From a bacterium (GTDB lineage: Bacteria; UBP14; UBA6098; B30-G16): DNA of 64,000 bases. The stretch spans positions 5,718 through 69,717 of the forward strand of contig JAUWMV010000010.1 of NCBI GenBank assembly GCA_030613005.1, read 5' to 3'. A program made the translations under genes and the position numbers. The notes beneath the pieces were generated by a model. The model worked only from the letters and a program-made list of their open reading frames with translations. It did not search any database and had not been told where the DNA came from. Shown here piece by piece: positions 1-8,991 of this stretch; within the stretch, counting starts at the first letter, position 1; the number at the start of each line of letters is the position of its first letter.

Positions 1-2024
1 GGAGTTTGCATAATAGTCGTTGAATCCTCGGATAATCGAACATCATCAATATACCATCCTCTAGAAGAACCTCGATCGTCCGAACCTATTTCAAATTGTA
101 TTATAATGAGTTCGCTACCTGCAAAAGGATATAGAGGTACCTTATCCTGATGCCAAAAATTACCATTGTCCTCCCCACCAAATCCTTGTTGACCACCCAA
201 ATATGGATTGCTTGAAGCAATTAATCCATCGTAACCATTAAAGGGATAAACAATTTGCCAAGTTACCCCCGAGTCGACAGAAACCTTTATATTTCCACCA
301 TCCAAATATTTATCAAGCCATTCACCTTTAAATTTATACCAATGATAGAAAGATAATAAAGGCCATCGAGTACCGGATAAAGACATTTTGAAGGACAACT
401 TCCAATTACAATTATTTGCATAATTACCGGAAAGATTGGTTCCCCAACACATTGTATCGGAATATGCATAATTAGGGTCTAAATCAATATCTGGCATACC
501 CCACCGCCATCCACCAGGTGGATCTGATATATAATGACCATTATCAGTTTCGAAATCCTCGAAGTATAATTCTGGTGCCAAATTTATGTGAAGCGATTCA
601 GTTTCAAATCGTATAAGTCCAAATGGAATACTATCATTCGTAACGAAATGGTTCTTAGAAATCCTAAGATAATGCTCACCAATAAGAACAGAATCGAATC
701 TGAAATACCCAGAAGAATCAGTTAAAACAGACCGACCTAAATCGACGAGTTCTACCAATGCGTTATCATCCGGTGTGAAAAACATAAGGTCAACCGTACC
801 TTCAAGGTGCCCATAAGCATCATGAACACCAAAGTCGTCGATATACCAGCCCCAATCCATTACACCATCGTCATCGGACAAAAAGCGAAATCGAATTATA
901 ACTTCTTCGCCCACATACGGTTTGAGATCAAAAGACACTTTTTCCCAAAAAATTAAATTTCCAGAGAAAGCTCTTTGTCCGGAAATAGGTCCTGAGACCA
1001 TTGTGGTTGGATATCCATCTTCAGGTTCAATTTTCTCCCATGTAAGTCCCTGATCAACAGAAATTTCAACAATTCCGCAATCGTGATCGGGTTGCATTTT
1101 ATAGTTTTGCCAAAAATCAAAAAAGGGTGAATTAGCATAATCCAAGCAAATATTCGGTGAAATAAGCACCCAATCGGTATCGTTGGCATAAGCAAAATCT
1201 AATCGAGTTCCCCAGACCTTAGCACCGGAATGAGCTGGTCGCCCTGGTGAGCCACTACCTGCGAGTCCCCATTCCCAGCCGGAGGTACTCTCCGAAGGAA
1301 CGCTGAAAAGTTTAAATCCTTCAAAACTAGAAGAATAAGGGGGTATAATCACTTGCACATTTCTAATTCGTATTGCCAGAGAGTCCTCGAGAAATCCACC
1401 TGTAGTACCCCAGTTGCCAATATTCAATCCAATTGTGCCATTGCCATTCTCAAATCCTATGCGCGCAGACCTAGAGGAAAAGTGTTCGACATCAAGATAT
1501 TGATAAATAATCTCGCTACGCTTAAGATTAAGTATAACTTGGAATGTTTGCTTGGGAAACGATGGACTACAACATTCTGGAATTTTTACAAACGAAATAA
1601 TAAATTTCTCACCTTTCTTTTCGTAAAAAACACCACCATCCATTGGAAAATAAAGAGGGTCAAGATATGTCCAAAGGAGTCCTAAAGCTCCATCGGGATC
1701 GGCTGTACTGGGAAATCCTGAACAAGATGACGAAGTAGTAGACCATCTGCCAAGAGCAACCCATCCATTTGAACATATTGTTATTTCTGTGTAATCCACA
1801 TCGTAATATCGGAATGTATCTCCAAGGTCGATAGTTATTATATGATTACGAGAAGTCCAACCCAAATCAGTGCCTGTAGCTCTTATGTCAATCCAATTAA
1901 ACCTTGGTCCTAAAGCCTCCTTAGAATCGATCCACCTATATCCACCAGCATCGGGACCACCAGTTCTTGCAAATCCTATCGTAACTAATAATAACAATAT
2001 TAACAAAGTAATTACTCTTCTCAT
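1..2024 (-). CDS. Large secreted protein, 3' end beyond window start (signal peptide MRRVITLLILLLLVTIGFA; two GWYIDD-containing domains). Absent from the ORF track because it has no stop codon in the window.
   Basis: Manual reverse-complement translation from ATG at 2024 gives a continuous open frame to coordinate 1 (~670 codons). An AAGGGGG Shine-Dalgarno lies 7 nt upstream of the ATG. N-terminus is a classic signal peptide. Motifs GWYIDDFGV and GWYIDDVRL are present. Hand translation is error-prone. Confidence 0.55.
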   Translation of the reverse strand, partial: MRRVITLLILLLLVTIGFARTGGPDAGGYRWIDSKEALGPRFNWIDIRATGTDLGWTSRNHIITIDLGDTFRYYDVDYTEITICSNGWVALGRWSTTSSSCSGFPSTADPDGALGLLWTYLDPLYFPMDGGVFYEKKGEKFIISFVKIPECCSPSFPKQTFQVILNLKRSEIIYQYLDVEHFSSRSARIGFENGNGTIGLNIGNWGTTGGFLEDSLAIRIRNVQVIIPPYSSSFEGFKLFSVPSESTSGWEWGLAGSGSPGRPAHSGAKVWGTRLDFAYANDTDWVLISPNICLDYANSPFFDFWQNYKMQPDHDCGIVEISVDQGLTWEKIEPEDGYPTTMVSGPISGQRAFSGNLIFWEKVSFDLKPYVGEEVIIRFRFLSDDDGVMDWGWYIDDFGVHDAYGHLEGTVDLMFFTPDDNALVELVDLGRSVLTDSSGYFRFDSVLIGEHYLRISKNHFVTNDSIPFGLIRFETESLHINLAPELYFEDFETDNGHYISDPPGGWRWGMPDIDLDPNYAYSDTMCWGTNLSGNYANNCNWKLSFKMSLSGTRWPLLSFYHWYKFKGEWLDKYLDGGNIKVSVDSGVTWQIVYPFNGYDGLIASSNPYLGGQQGFGGEDNGNFWHQDKVPLYPFAGSELIIIQFEIGSDDRGSSRGWYIDDVRLSEDSTTIMQT

Positions 2025-2106
2025 CAAAAAACCCCCTTCTTATAAATAATAAATTACAAATATCTTGTTGATTTGCAATAAAAAAAAAAGGCTTTATTTT
2101 AGAAAT

Positions 2107-2847
2107 TTAAACACCTAATCGCAATCTATGCGCCAGAAATGGAGGAAGACCTGAAGATAATATTTTTCTCTGCGCTTTCTCTATATCATAATCAAACCGG
2201 CAAAAAATTAAGTAGCGTGTTTCTGAATCGAAAACTGTAAAACTTCCTCTTGGGTCTCCATCCCTTGGCTGGCCGACACTTCCCACATTTACAATATACC
2301 TTTTATTCTTTGCAAGCCTGTAACTGAAGGAATTTCCCTCATATGGAATTATAACATCGATCTGTTCACCAGACTCGCAAAAAATCGCTGGAACGTGAGA
2401 ATGCCCAATAAAACAAACATCAGTAGTGAAATACTTAAAATTTCCAATAGCATCGTCGTATTTAAGAATATAATCCCACAATTCAGGAGATTTAGGCGTT
2501 GAATGAACAGCAAAAAAATTCCCACCGTCATATTGTAATGGTAATCTTACTAAAAACATTTTATCCGTTTGCCTGAGAACACTCTTTGTCCATAATATTG
2601 CAGCTTTTGCTAAGTTGTTAAAATAGTTGATGTTAGTCATATCGATAGCGGCTGAGTCATGGTTCCCCAATAGCGAGATGTCAAATTCTTTTTCGGCAAT
2701 TTCGATACATTCTGAAGGATTTGCACCGTATCCAACAATATCACCAAGGAAAAGAATTTTATCTACTTCCTGAACTGAAATACAATTTAGAGCAGTTTCA
2801 AGCGCTTCTAAATTCGAATGAATATCGGACAATATTGATAATTTCAT
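2107..2847 (-). CDS. Calcineurin-like metallophosphoesterase (YfcE/MPP family)
   Basis: N-terminal LSDIHSN and GDIVGYG, plus GNHD motifs typical of the metallophosphatase fold. 4-nt overlap with upstream nusB suggests an operon. Confidence 0.75.
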   Translation of the reverse strand: MKLSILSDIHSNLEALETALNCISVQEVDKILFLGDIVGYGANPSECIEIAEKEFDISLLGNHDSAAIDMTNINYFNNLAKAAILWTKSVLRQTDKMFLVRLPLQYDGGNFFAVHSTPKSPELWDYILKYDDAIGNFKYFTTDVCFIGHSHVPAIFCESGEQIDVIIPYEGNSFSYRLAKNKRYIVNVGSVGQPRDGDPRGSFTVFDSETRYLIFCRFDYDIEKAQRKILSSGLPPFLAHRLRLGV

Positions 2848-3311
2848 TCCAAACTTCTTATAGTTAATCCTTCTTCAACAAGCTTCCTAAAAACCGTATC
2901 AAGAATACCATTAATAAATCTCGGACTATCTGCACTGCCAAATTCTTTCGCAAGCTCCAAAGCCTCATCGATTATCACTGCTAGAGAAGTTTCCTCAAAA
3001 TCCATAAACTCGGCTATACCTAATTGAAGGATGTTTCTATCAACAACTGAAATTCTCTCAAGTTCCCAGTTCTCTGTAACGTTTTGGATAAATTTATCGG
3101 CAAGACTTCTACGATCGATCGCAGATATAATGAGCTTCCTGAGAAAATCAACTGGTACCTTTGATGATAGTTCCTCATATTTCAAAACAATCTGTATAAG
3201 TTCCTCTGTGTCCGACTCACCCTTAACCATATGAACATAAATTGCTTGAAAGGCACATTTACGTGCAATATGACGTGGAAATTCCCTTTTGATACGTGTA
3301 GTTTTATCCAT
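2844..3311 (-). CDS. nusB: Transcription antitermination factor NusB
   Basis: 155 aa. Pattern RKCAFQAIYVHMV...DRNILQLGIAEF...ALELAKEFG resembles the NusB family. Confidence 0.8.
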   Translation of the reverse strand: MDKTTRIKREFPRHIARKCAFQAIYVHMVKGESDTEELIQIVLKYEELSSKVPVDFLRKLIISAIDRRSLADKFIQNVTENWELERISVVDRNILQLGIAEFMDFEETSLAVIIDEALELAKEFGSADSPRFINGILDTVFRKLVEEGLTIRSLE

Positions 3312-3312
3312 A

Positions 3313-4911
3313 CTATTTCAAACCGTATTGCTTTTCATCAAACTCCAAGACAGTAAATACATAGATTTCGGTTTCAGATTTTTTATAGCAATCTCTTTCT
3401 AACATGGCTTTCTGGGAACAAAGCTCGGACAGAAATTCATCTCTATTGTTGAAATGTTCCCAAACCTGTGGCAAGAAAACACCTGTTCTATATCCTCTCT
3501 TAATATAAACCCCATGCTTATCGGGAACTACATCCTCGAAGGAATTAACTTTTCTCATCGGAGATAGAACAGATATCTCGATATCTACTTCGTCAATCTG
3601 TTTTGATGGAACCGGAGAAAATCTGGGATCTCTTGTTGCTGCGGAAATTGCCATATCTCTTACAGCAAGATATAGCGGTTCCTGAGCAATCATCTGACCG
3701 ATACAACCTCTCAACATCCCCTTTCTATGTAAAGTAACAAAAACAGGAGTATCCTCGATAAGCTTGGATTCGGAAGGTTTTGGGGGTTCATATTTTCTAC
3801 CATTGATAATATATTCTTCAATCGTTTTTCGAGCTAATTTTAACAAATATTTTTTCTGATCGTGAGTTAACGAATATTCATCACTTTCTGAATTACTACT
3901 CATTTTATAATTTCCATTTCGGACGAAAACAACTGAACAATATCCAACAACCCCCCGCGATTTGCTTTCGGGCGATGTATCTCCAGAATTTGCGTATCGA
4001 AGTAAAATCGGTTTATCCCACCCAAGCGATTCGGAAACAGCCATGCCAGTGATAACCGGTCCCCAACCGCAAAATGCATCATTACCACTCATCATCCACT
4101 TTTTCAATCCATCGATATCGTTCTTGAGAACATAATCGAGGGTCTTTTTATCGATTTTCATTGCTTCTTCATACGAGTGATAATGACTCATATCTGTAGA
4201 GAGGACGATTATTGTTCTGTCCCAATTAATATTTGAAGTTACTAATGCATTAATCAGAGTCTCAACTACTGCCATGCCTTGCTGAGCAAACGATATTGGC
4301 AACAATTTGAAATCGTTGTCCAAAGCAAATTGTAAAAATGGTATTTCAAGTTCAAGTGAATGTTCTCGATCAAAAATCTCCCTTTTAAAACGAAGAATAT
4401 CGGGATTATAAGACATAACTTTCCTTGCGAGCACCGAATCTACTTCTACACTTCCAAGCGGTGTTCTCCATTCTCCTTTTTCCCAAACCGACAGACCATA
4501 CCACGGTGGACTTCTATGAGCAAAGCCAATTAAAATGACTGTATTGCCTTTATACATTTCTTTATTCATCTTCAATGCCTTAAAACCATAAGCCGCAACC
4601 GGACCGGAAAATATATAACCCGCATGGGGAGAAATTAGTATCTGAATGCGTCCTTCAATAGGTTTTACCGAAGCAGCACCGAAGAAATTATTCAGCATAT
4701 TTTTCAATTCCAATGGGTTGCTTGGATACCACGATCCAGCAAATTGTGCAGACCTAATTATTTGCATGTTTCCCCCCTTACTCTCGCCCATGCTATTAGC
4801 CTTACTTTTATTTGTCTTCCCCTTGCTCTCTCCCGATGAAACACAACCTAAAAGCAACGCAAAAACTAACATTATTGATAATGATCTCACTTTTAATAAA
4901 CCTTGAAACAT
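3313..4911 (-). CDS. Fused Memo-like (AmmeMemoRadiSam system protein B) + AMMECR1 (system protein A) with N-terminal lipoprotein-type signal peptide
   Basis: Memo motifs ISPHAGYIFSGP and LSTDMSHYHS in the N-terminal half. AMMECR1 motif GMLRGCIGQM in the C-terminal ~180 aa. Signal sequence IMLVFALLLGC is followed by a Ser/Gly/Lys-rich linker. A GGGAGGGG Shine-Dalgarno lies upstream of the ATG at 4911. Confidence 0.8.
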   Translation of the reverse strand: MFQGLLKVRSLSIMLVFALLLGCVSSGESKGKTNKSKANSMGESKGGNMQIIRSAQFAGSWYPSNPLELKNMLNNFFGAASVKPIEGRIQILISPHAGYIFSGPVAAYGFKALKMNKEMYKGNTVILIGFAHRSPPWYGLSVWEKGEWRTPLGSVEVDSVLARKVMSYNPDILRFKREIFDREHSLELEIPFLQFALDNDFKLLPISFAQQGMAVVETLINALVTSNINWDRTIIVLSTDMSHYHSYEEAMKIDKKTLDYVLKNDIDGLKKWMMSGNDAFCGWGPVITGMAVSESLGWDKPILLRYANSGDTSPESKSRGVVGYCSVVFVRNGNYKMSSNSESDEYSLTHDQKKYLLKLARKTIEEYIINGRKYEPPKPSESKLIEDTPVFVTLHRKGMLRGCIGQMIAQEPLYLAVRDMAISAATRDPRFSPVPSKQIDEVDIEISVLSPMRKVNSFEDVVPDKHGVYIKRGYRTGVFLPQVWEHFNNRDEFLSELCSQKAMLERDCYKKSETEIYVFTVLEFDEKQYGLK

Positions 4912-5160
4912 ATCCCCTCCCTAAAATTCTCATTTCCTTATCCTAATAATATTTAGGATAGTATATATTCGCAACATGTTTGGATTATAGAACAATAAAT
5001 AAACAATATGTATTTGTCCATGAAAGATTCAAAATTCCGACTTTTTTTCTGGATTATTGAATTATTTTTTTTAGAAGTTTTGGATTGCCTGATAATCAAC
5101 CAATGTTATTATATTTCCATAACATTAAATAATGCAAAGTGTCAAAATTTATGAAACCTT

Positions 5161-5200
5161 TCTATAATAAAAAGCCTCCAATAAGGAGGCTTTGTTTTTG
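5161..5200 (-). terminator. Rho-independent terminator hairpin (AAGCCTCC-AATAA-GGAGGCTT) downstream of the 5221..7377 gene; U-run on the minus strand, also a T-run on the plus strand
   Basis: Perfect 8-bp GC-rich stem with 5-nt loop at 5172-5192, flanked by T-rich runs on both strands. Confidence 0.55.
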
Positions 5201-5220
5201 TATGATTTGAATCCCAATAT

Positions 5221-7377
5221 TTACTTTACCAAAATCAAAGATTTTCTCACAGTTTCGTTCGGTGTTGATAGGACAGCAAAATAAGTACCACTTGGTTGAT
5301 ATTTTGCATTCCAAATAAGAGTGTGCTTACCAGAAGGCAATACATCTTGAATAAGAACTTTAACTTTTCTGCCTGTGGCGTCGAATATTGTCAGATCGAC
5401 ATGAGTCTCGTTGGGAAGAACGAAATCGATCTCTGTGGATGCATTAAAGGGATTTGGATAATTGTCTAAAATCTCTAATTTTGTTGGAACCATATTTTTC
5501 AAATTGGTGGTCTTCGCTAACATTACCTCCACAATCGCTTTGTAGACATGTATTCCCTGAAACATATCAACGGAGAAAATGTAATTTCCAAATCCAGTAA
5601 GCTGAGTCCAATAGCCGTTTTTCGGCATATCAGCTACCATTTTTAGAGTTGGCAAACTGCTTATATCGAAAACTTTCAATTGACCGGGACCATCTGCAAC
5701 ATATGCATAATCCCCAAATATTCGAACATCCATTCCCCATACAGATGGATATGTGGACACAAGCCTTAACTTTTCTGGATTGCTGATGTCGATCACTGAA
5801 ACACCACTTTGTCCATCCGCAGCGATAATATATTTTCCCACAATCTCGAATCCATTGCCACCAGTTTGACTTGTATGAATGTATCCTATTTCAGCAGGAA
5901 ATTCTTTGGATAGGTCAAAAACATGGTATCCACCTAGAAAGTCCGAAGCGTAAAGAAGATCACCATCGAAATGAATATCGTAAAACTGTGCACTGTAGTC
6001 CTTTAATATAAACGAGGTATATATGTGACCTGCATTAAGAGGCATCAATGCTATCCCATCTTTTCCTAATGACACAGCGCAAAAATCGTTCCCGAATTCA
6101 ATTCTCCCAATTTTATCTGGTCCTCTTGCTGTGGATATTACGGGAATTTCATCGAAAGCACTGAGATTTTTGGGGCTTGCAACAACCATAAACACATCCT
6201 CTTTGATGCTGCTTCTGGCGCCCAGGATATAAAGAAGACCATTGTAAATCTGAACATCCCAAACAATTGTCAGATCCACGCCATAAACATTTCCAATTTT
6301 CAAAGGTCGCTCTGGATCTGATATGTCGTATACAAGAACACCCGATCGTCCTGCAGCAATGTATAAAACGTTGTCATAAATGCATATTCTTTTCGGAGTA
6401 TCATAGGTTTCTACATGACCAATTTCCATAGGTGCTCGGAAATTTGTAACATCAAACACATGAATTCCCATATGATCATTTGCTAAATAAATATCTTCAT
6501 CAACCTTTCCAAAATCCAATGTAGGCATGCCATCCAAATTCCATACTAAAACAGGATCACCTTCAATGAGCTCATAGATAGCAAAGTTCTTATATCCACC
6601 GGCATAAACGATTCCATCAAAAATTTGAACGGTCATCGGTGTAAGAAAAGGTATATTGAAAAGTCGTCTGCCAAAAATTTTCTTTTCGTTAGGTTTTTCA
6701 GCATCCCAGCGACCGTAAATAATAATGTTATTATGAAGCTGAAGCGATGTATATGTTCCCGGTTGATGCCCTAAAAGGAAAAATCTATTTTCCCTCGATA
6801 ATCCCACAACATAAATTCCCTTATTACCATTGGCTACATACAATCTGTTTTTAAACCAATCCATGCAAAGAGGTTTTCCATCGATATTAGCACGTGTTAA
6901 TAAACTGGGTGCATTTAAATCGGAGATATCTATCAAAGCCAAATATCCTTTTCCAGCCAGAAATAACCTGTTTTCATCAATTTCGAATGTAGAAAAATTG
7001 GTAAATACTGGATCCTTAAATTCAGGGAATTCGCCGAGAAGCAAAGGTTCATACGGTCTGGTTACATCAAATATTTCCAAACCTTCCTTTTCCCAAAGCA
7101 CAAAAAGTTTGTCTCCAACAACCTCCATCTTAACAATGGTGCTCGAATGACCTTTAACATCAGAAATAAGCTGTGGAAAATCTCGATTGAAAACGTTATA
7201 AATTCTAACAACACCACTCACACCGGCATACACCACTTCTCCATCGGATGTCATTGCTTGCACTCTACCCATAGGTATTTCAGCAACTTCCTCTAACTGA
7301 ACTGGACTACTTAATGCCAGAGAAGTTGCTAATAAAAATCCACATATCAAAGCTACACATTTTAGACCTTTCATCAT
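5221..7377 (-). CDS. Secreted LVIVD-repeat beta-propeller protein with T9SS C-terminal sorting domain
   Basis: Signal peptide. Recurring V(F/Y)D(I/V)S(D/N)P..P motifs characteristic of LVIVD repeats. C-terminal ~80 aa (NPFNASTEIDF...GTYFAVLS...LILVK) matches the T9SS/Por CTD pattern. Confidence 0.7.
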   Translation of the reverse strand: MMKGLKCVALICGFLLATSLALSSPVQLEEVAEIPMGRVQAMTSDGEVVYAGVSGVVRIYNVFNRDFPQLISDVKGHSSTIVKMEVVGDKLFVLWEKEGLEIFDVTRPYEPLLLGEFPEFKDPVFTNFSTFEIDENRLFLAGKGYLALIDISDLNAPSLLTRANIDGKPLCMDWFKNRLYVANGNKGIYVVGLSRENRFFLLGHQPGTYTSLQLHNNIIIYGRWDAEKPNEKKIFGRRLFNIPFLTPMTVQIFDGIVYAGGYKNFAIYELIEGDPVLVWNLDGMPTLDFGKVDEDIYLANDHMGIHVFDVTNFRAPMEIGHVETYDTPKRICIYDNVLYIAAGRSGVLVYDISDPERPLKIGNVYGVDLTIVWDVQIYNGLLYILGARSSIKEDVFMVVASPKNLSAFDEIPVISTARGPDKIGRIEFGNDFCAVSLGKDGIALMPLNAGHIYTSFILKDYSAQFYDIHFDGDLLYASDFLGGYHVFDLSKEFPAEIGYIHTSQTGGNGFEIVGKYIIAADGQSGVSVIDISNPEKLRLVSTYPSVWGMDVRIFGDYAYVADGPGQLKVFDISSLPTLKMVADMPKNGYWTQLTGFGNYIFSVDMFQGIHVYKAIVEVMLAKTTNLKNMVPTKLEILDNYPNPFNASTEIDFVLPNETHVDLTIFDATGRKVKVLIQDVLPSGKHTLIWNAKYQPSGTYFAVLSTPNETVRKSLILVK

Positions 7378-7536
7378 CCACCTCCTAATTTACTAATAAG
7401 AAATCTAATTATTTTTTTTTAATTGTCAATAGTAAACCTTGAAAATAATAATTAGAAACCTACATACTGAAAATTTAGATAACAATAAATTTCATATTTG
7501 ACTTTTATATGTTAACTGCTATGAACATGTGTTTGT

Positions 7537-8874
7537 TTATAATTCGAAATTCTCTATAAAACTTGTATCGAAATCACCTGAAATAAATCTTTTATCATTC
7601 ATAACCTTAGCATGAAAAGGAATTGTAGTTTTAACTCCCTCGATTATGAATTCCCTGAGAGCCCTCCTCATTCTTTGAATAGCTTCTTCTCGTGTTTCAC
7701 CCCACACAATAAGTTTAGCGATCATAGAATCGTAGAATGGTGGAATAACATAATCTGCATATGCATGAGTATCAACTCTAACACCCATTCCACCCGGAAC
7801 ATGAAAGCTTGTAATTTTACCGGGACATGGAGCAAAATCGTTGGATGGATCCTCTGCATTAATACGGCATTCTATCGAATGACCGCGATATGATATATCT
7901 TCCTGAGAAAATCGAAGTGGTTTCCCTGAAGCTATTCTTATTTGCTCCTTAAGAATATCGATATCGGTAATCATCTCAGTAATCGGATGTTCCACTTGAA
8001 TTCTAGTATTCATCTCCATAAAGTAGAAATTTTTCTGTTTATCCACGAGAAACTCAATAGTACCTGCACTTCTGTATTTTATATTTGAAGCACCTGTTAC
8101 AGCAGCAGAACCAATTTTTAGTCGGAAATCTTCATCGACGAAAGGTGAAGGAGTTTCCTCGATAAGTTTTTGATGTCTTCGCTGAATAGAACAATCACGT
8201 TCGCCAAGATGAATAACCTTACCTGTTCCGTCGCCAAGAAGTTGAACTTCAATATGTCTTGAATTTTCTACGTACTTTTCAATATACACATCTGAATTAT
8301 CAAAAGCCGATCGAGCTTCAACTCTAGCCATTTCGAAATTCTTAATTAATTCCGTTTGACCACGAGCGATCCGCATTCCCTTTCCACCGCCACCTGCAGA
8401 AGCTTTAATAATAATTGGATAGCCTATTTTTTTGCTTAATTCAATAGCTTTATCAAGATCCTCAACAATTCCTTCGCTACCCGGAACTGTATGAACACCT
8501 GCTTCTTTCATAATTTTCTTCGCCATAGCCTTATCACCCATAGATCGAATTTGCTCAGATGTAGGACCAACAAAAATTATGTTATGTTCCTCACACATTT
8601 CAGCAAAATCAGCATTCTCGGCAAGAAATCCATATCCGGGATGAATTGCTTCAGCACCGGTAATAACTGCAGCGGATATTATCCGACGCATATCAAGATA
8701 CGACTCAGCAGGTTTGTTTGCTCCAATGCATACGCTTTGATCAGCTAACCAACTGTGAAGGCTATCCTCATCGGCCAAGGAATGTACTGCGACTGTAGAA
8801 ATTCCAAGCTCTATACATGCTCTAATAACACGAAGAGCTATTTCACCGCGATTTGCTACCAATATCTTATCCAT
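7537..8874 (-). CDS. accC: Acetyl-CoA carboxylase biotin carboxylase subunit AccC
   Basis: MDKILVANRGEIALRVIRAC..., ATP-grasp motifs, conserved length ~445 aa. The ORF-track start at 8883 is a TTG. The ATG at 8874 gives the canonical N-terminus. No accB adjacent. Confidence 0.9.
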   Translation of the reverse strand: MDKILVANRGEIALRVIRACIELGISTVAVHSLADEDSLHSWLADQSVCIGANKPAESYLDMRRIISAAVITGAEAIHPGYGFLAENADFAEMCEEHNIIFVGPTSEQIRSMGDKAMAKKIMKEAGVHTVPGSEGIVEDLDKAIELSKKIGYPIIIKASAGGGGKGMRIARGQTELIKNFEMARVEARSAFDNSDVYIEKYVENSRHIEVQLLGDGTGKVIHLGERDCSIQRRHQKLIEETPSPFVDEDFRLKIGSAAVTGASNIKYRSAGTIEFLVDKQKNFYFMEMNTRIQVEHPITEMITDIDILKEQIRIASGKPLRFSQEDISYRGHSIECRINAEDPSNDFAPCPGKITSFHVPGGMGVRVDTHAYADYVIPPFYDSMIAKLIVWGETREEAIQRMRRALREFIIEGVKTTIPFHAKVMNDKRFISGDFDTSFIENFEL

Positions 8875-8920
8875 AATTAGCAAAAATTAACTTATTACTT
8901 TACATTGTCAAGAACAACGA

Positions 8921-8951
8921 CTCAAAAAAAAGGCGATCAGCATGATCGCCC
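8921..8951 (-). terminator. Rho-independent terminator for the 8992..11958 gene
   Basis: GGCGATCA-GCA-TGATCGCC hairpin followed on the minus strand by T8. Confidence 0.65.
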
Positions 8952-8991
8952 GTTTAATTATTAAGTTGAGTAAACAGTTTAAAAGCGAATT

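Noticed and set aside
1353-1685. 110-aa plus-strand ORF, and the 60-aa and 80-aa minus-strand ORFs, in the first 2 kb
   Set aside because: All are alternative-frame or antisense to the long open minus-strand secreted-protein frame (1..2024), which has a signal peptide and Shine-Dalgarno.
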